Below are positions 59,378-64,000 of a stretch of 64,000 nucleotides of DNA, one piece after another. The position numbers were made by a program, and so were the translations under genes. Every line of letters begins with the position of its first letter. Position 1 is the first letter of the stretch. The notes beneath the pieces were generated by a model. It was given only the letters and a program-made list of their open reading frames with translations, ran no database searches and was not told where the DNA came from. The stretch comes from Atractiella rhizophila (lineage: Eukaryota): contig MU271185.1 of the NCBI GenBank assembly GCA_021432655.1, positions 1-64,000 on the forward strand, read 5' to 3'.

Positions 59378-61350
59378 TTAGACAGTCAGGTAGAAAGGGG
59401 TTTCTAGTGGGTCCAGCACAGTCCAGACGAAAGGCATTCCTTGACTCAATCCATTCTCATCAAAAGACCTAGCCTTAAACACCTTGCTGAACGCCACCAT
59501 CTTGTTCTTGAAAGTCTGTGCTGCAGATCGAACCTTCGCGTTCGAGCGGTCGAGCAGCTCCTGCTCATCGAACATTTCGGAGACGGTGCGGTTGCCGTTC
59601 TCGAAGAAGGGCCTGTTGAATGCACCGAGCAGAGTGATCTGTCCAACGGATTGCGTGACGTTCGGCATGAAGGGCACGAGGTCCTGGACGCCTTTTTCGG
59701 TGGGAAGGGGGGAGTAAAAAGCGGTAGGATGCAGAGGGAGGCTGCAGACAGGATCAGGAGACATGGACAAGGTGACAAGGATGTGGACTCACGAGGCGGT
59801 GGTATGGACGGGGTCGTTGGTGTTCAAGACTCCGTGAAGGACGGAAACGAGGTATCCGAAGTGGGTGAGGATGTCCACAAGGTCTGAACGGCGAGTGATG
59901 GAGGTAGGGAAGTCGACGATGCCAGCTGGAACGGTCTCGGCGATGAAGTTTTGCAGTTCCTGGTCACGCGACAACGCCTTGTCACTGGTGTAGTAGGAGC
60001 TGACGAATTGGTCGAAAAAGTCGTTCATGGCGCTGTAGATGACGGATGCGTCCTCGTAGAACGGGAACGATTTCAGCGCAGGCCCAAAGTTGCTGTTGAC
60101 TAAACCCCGGTTCTGGAGGTTAGTCTTGAAGTAGTTGGACTTCCAAGGAGCGGCTTGTGACCAGTATAGTTTGCTGGAATAAGTGCCTGCGGCGGAACCA
60201 CTCCAGGCGAAGTAGTTGTCCACTGGTCCTCCGACGTTGATGAGGGTCTGAATGGCGCTGATACGATAGGCGAATGTTTGATATGCCACTGTCTAGAGGC
60301 CTGAGAATCACGCAAAGAGTAACAGGAGGACATACATCGGTTCATGATGGCGAGCAACGGATGATCAGCGCTCAGGCTCCTCAGAGCAGCTTCGTAAACG
60401 ATGTCGATGACCTCGTGAGTGGCAACCAAATGGTACCTACACAGTTTACCTCAGAATTGCACGGGACGAAAGAAACTGTTGCGCACCATTGAGCCCACCA
60501 GAAGTCATTCTGCTCAAACAGCATTTTAGCAAGTTGCCAGTCGTTCTCGCTGTCAAGCGGGGTGTAAATCAAAGGACTGCCGTTGTTAGGTCGGATGGCA
60601 AGAGGAAGGAAATCTCCCGACGTAGGGTGGATGTAGAAGAAAGCGTCGCAGGCTCCGGCATACCTTCCCTCCGTCAAAGTCTGGTCTCCCTGGTCACGAT
60701 AGTCGACGTAGAAGAGACGTCCAGCAGCTTGGAGCTGCTTTTGAGTGAAAGTGCTGATCTCCTTCGCGCTGTCATCGTCGACACTGAAGCTGAGTGTTTC
60801 GCCCTTCTGAACTCTTCGAACGCTGTACGGCTGGACTGAGAGACGCTCCATCGAGAAGAGAAGGTCGGAAGTGTAGTTCGTTCGCATACCAGGGCTGACT
60901 CCATCCGGGATGGTGTTCTTCCACAAGCCATCATAAAGCTTGGTTGCGTAGTCTTCATAGGTGTTCAGTCCTCCGCTCTACATCCCATTCCAAGGCAGCC
61001 CGCATCAGTCTCTTTGGCTGCAAGGCTTGAGAGGCGAGGCAACAGACCTGAATGACCGCGACCGCTGCAGCCTGAGCTTCGGATCTGCATTGGGTGACCC
61101 ACGGCAAATGCTCTCCAAAGAAAGCGTCTGTCATGTTCTTGATCAATTCATCCGCGTACGAGCCTTGAGGGTAGAAGGATCCGTTTCCAGCAACATCAGG
61201 TCCGTAGTTGAAGTTCTGGCGGAGCGTGGCGATGGCTTCTGCGCGAGCGGCTGCGTTGGAGGAGCCCGTAGGGAGTGAGTAGGGTGTCGTTTGGGCAAGG
61301 GCGGAGAGGGGGAGAGTAAGCAGAGCGGGGAGAAGGGAGGAGACTGTCAT
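59378..61350 (-). CDS. Secreted fungal lipoxygenase (C-terminal Val type)
   Basis: Signal-peptide-like N-terminus; SDLLFSMERLS, FLPLAI, DWQLAK, WYHLVATH, HGVLN, C-terminal PFYLTV; multi-exon. Confidence 0.92.
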
Positions 61351-62252
61351 GTTTGATTATTTGGTGAAGGAATGGACTGTGATTATTAGAGTGAATGAAT
61401 GAAATTGACGAATAATCGTCCTAAGAGTGCAAAATGAAGACAGGAAGACAGGGAGAGAGGACCAGGGAGTCGCCTTTTAACGAACGAACTGTTGTCGACA
61501 TACACAGCTCAAAGAGCTTCCGACCCTCAGCCATGGCTCGGAGGACCATGTGTGTACCTTCAGTCCAAAATGTAGATGGTGGTCGGTCGTACAGCACCCG
61601 GATACCTGCAACGCTTAACGTTCTTAACGTGCGTCGCGCTAACTCGTTCCGGGGTTACGCCTCTGCGGTACATACACACGTTCATCCTGCTACCCGACGC
61701 AAATTACACCTTCCTTTCCTCTTCCGCTCCTGCACGCCTTTGTCGCGAACGCGGGTACCTCCACTCCGGGATGATGCCATTCTAGGATATTGCATGCGGA
61801 AACGTTATGCACGAGGTCGGATATCGGATCACTCCGCAACACGACACAAAGCCTGCGGCCCGCTACGTCGGTGAACTAGGGGCAGCTCCTCAAAGGCTCC
61901 TCCCTCCATCTTGATGACAGTTTTGTAATGAAACCCTGCGGGGGAACAGGAACATCGGATTCAGAGTGCGACAACGCCGTGAGTTTCTGCTCATGTACTA
62001 GTATTAACCGAAATGGACCTGAATTGAATGTGCCTACGAGTTAGATCACTCACTCTGTGTCATTCCCTTTGTCCTTCTGAGCTAAAACATGGCAGATGAC
62101 GAAGCGCCGATTGAGTGGAGAAAATGGACGTTTGTTGACAGATTCTCAACAGAAGGAACTTTGCAAACTAACAAAAGTGACTTCTGCGGCAAGATTTATA
62201 CCATCATGACGATAATATATCTGTTCACAGACATGAAACCCCTAACTCCACA

Positions 62253-63958
62253 TCAAGTCAGATAATAGCTCCACATTCCGTCCTGGAGTGGAAATGGTCC
62301 CAACTTGGGGTCCCAGCGCTCTTTCTCCGATTTTAACCTCTGCATTGCATCTTCCCAACCTTCTGCAGCGACAATCCCATCTCCCTCGCATCCAATCCTA
62401 TTGAGTAAACCATCAAGCTCTTGCTCGAACTCTTCATATCTCTTGAATGTTTCGACGTGGTCGTCCAATTCAGTTTCCGTGAATGGAAAAGGCGGTCGAG
62501 GATCCTCTCTCCACATCTCCCAATTCTCCAAACACTTCAAAATCGCTTCTCGATACGGTGTAAGCCCATCGCTCCATGAGCGCAGAACAAGTTGAGGAAA
62601 GTTCGCGAGCTCGCTAGCATTTGGAAAGCTAGCAGCGATTCTTCGCGTCGTGTTTGCCGCGCTAAGCACGCTTCTTGCCTGGTAAGCTTTCCATCGCATA
62701 GCGAACTTGTGTTCCAGGCGAATAGCGTCTATTTCTTCTTGGGGAAGACCATCAAGGTCCGGCAGAGATGGCTTTTCAAGAACTCCTTCAGGAACTTCAA
62801 TGCGGGAGCCGCGATAAGCTAGGGCTGGCGCCAGACTCGCTTGCATGAACAACGGTCCCACGCATGCATCTTGCCAATCGAGCAAGCCTGTGATTGTGGC
62901 GTCTCCTGATTCGGAGACCATGATGTTGGCCAGTGAAAGCTCGGGATGCCAGAGTATGGGGCAGGTAATGTCAGGCAGGCTGGGGAGAAAATCAGGAAAG
63001 AACCTTTCAAATATGTCTTGCAAGTGTAAGGCTTCCGTTAGCGTCGCTCGCGGTTCTGGACCCTTGACTCGAAAGCTGTTAGACTCGCTTATCTGAGATC
63101 GAGTGGTGAGCCAAAAGCGTTGGACGGTCGACAAAGATCGAAACAAATCTTCTGTTGTTTTCCAAGGGCCTCGAGAAACTTTCAAATCAGCGTAATCATG
63201 GCGCCACCAGAGGTGATGGGCAATAGGTCCAATAGTGTACTTTGACGAATCTTCGGTTTCCTCTGGATAGAACCGAGAAGACTGTAAATCAACTGGAAGA
63301 TCATTTTTGAAATAAATACTTCCATGAGAAGAGAGGTGCGTGGTCTCGAATTTTTTCTCAATCGCTCGTAAATCGTTGAGGAATGCTACAACCTGACCTT
63401 TCTCGATATGTGCCCACCTTCCCACAATATTTCAACGCCTAGTAATTACCGTAGATAGAACGAAAAACAGGAGAACCTTTTGTACAGAGGAACACCCTGA
63501 ACCTTCTCCATCAAGATGAACTCACTCCCAACTGGCGTAGCATCAGCTCGAGCGCTCCAAGCGAAAACTTCTGGACAAGGGATAGAAAGCTCATTACGAA
63601 CAAAATCCATCGTCGCAACCTGGCTGGCGGTCGAGTAAAATGTCGGACGGTTCATGGAATAAGGCACTCTAGCGATGAGCTCCCGACCGTTATCGAACGT
63701 GAGCAAATAAGTCCTATTGTAGCCACCTTCCGCAAGTTTCTCAAACGACGTGCAAAATTTCGCGTTCATCGTCTTTATCCCGATTTCTGCAAGTGCATGG
63801 GGATTAAAGTTGGTATGGCGAGCTCGTAAAAGCTGCACTTCGTTATAGAGGGCTCTTTTTTCGGAGGCAAAGAAGATTGGTGACTTGACAAACAAGTCTG
63901 AATGAGGTCCTGAAGTAGATATCTTCTTGAGCAAATTATTTCCTATCCTGGCGAACAT
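62253..63958 (-). CDS. APH phosphotransferase / AIM9-like kinase-fold protein, possibly mitochondrial
   Basis: KLAEGGYN, LIARVP, TASQVATMDF, PVGSEFILMEK, LWHPELSLANI, LLDWQ; one intron near 63420-63475. Confidence 0.85.
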
Positions 63959-64000
63959 CTTGAAGTACGACTGAGATTAAAGCAGGCTAATTGCCCCAAA

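Overview
Fungal (basidiomycete-like, short-intron) genomic DNA in three zones. (1) 1-12014 is structurally anomalous. Two blocks, 1710-4620 and 7533-10797, are written reversed but not complemented, producing kilobase mirror repeats (1-1709 vs 7917-9624; 3019-4236 vs 10798-12014). A Ty3/gypsy LTR plus gag ORF there reads only in the complement-only frame. The blocks flank a Ty1/copia fragment lying between two 25-N gaps. A gap-filling artefact is the most likely cause, and the true locus can be reconstructed from the pieces. (2) ~12015-48900 is a tandem array of four related units. Each carries an F-box/LRR-like gene with an unrecognised N-terminal domain, a conserved GC-AG intron and hypervariable LRR surface positions, followed by a degenerate C-terminal paralog remnant. 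The array is invaded by two Tad1-like LINEs, two solo LTRs and a hAT-type non-autonomous element. (3) ~51200-64000 holds ordinary genes: MGM101, an ACBP-domain protein, MET2, a secreted lipoxygenase and an APH/AIM9-like kinase-fold protein. All comparisons were made by eye; no database searches were run.
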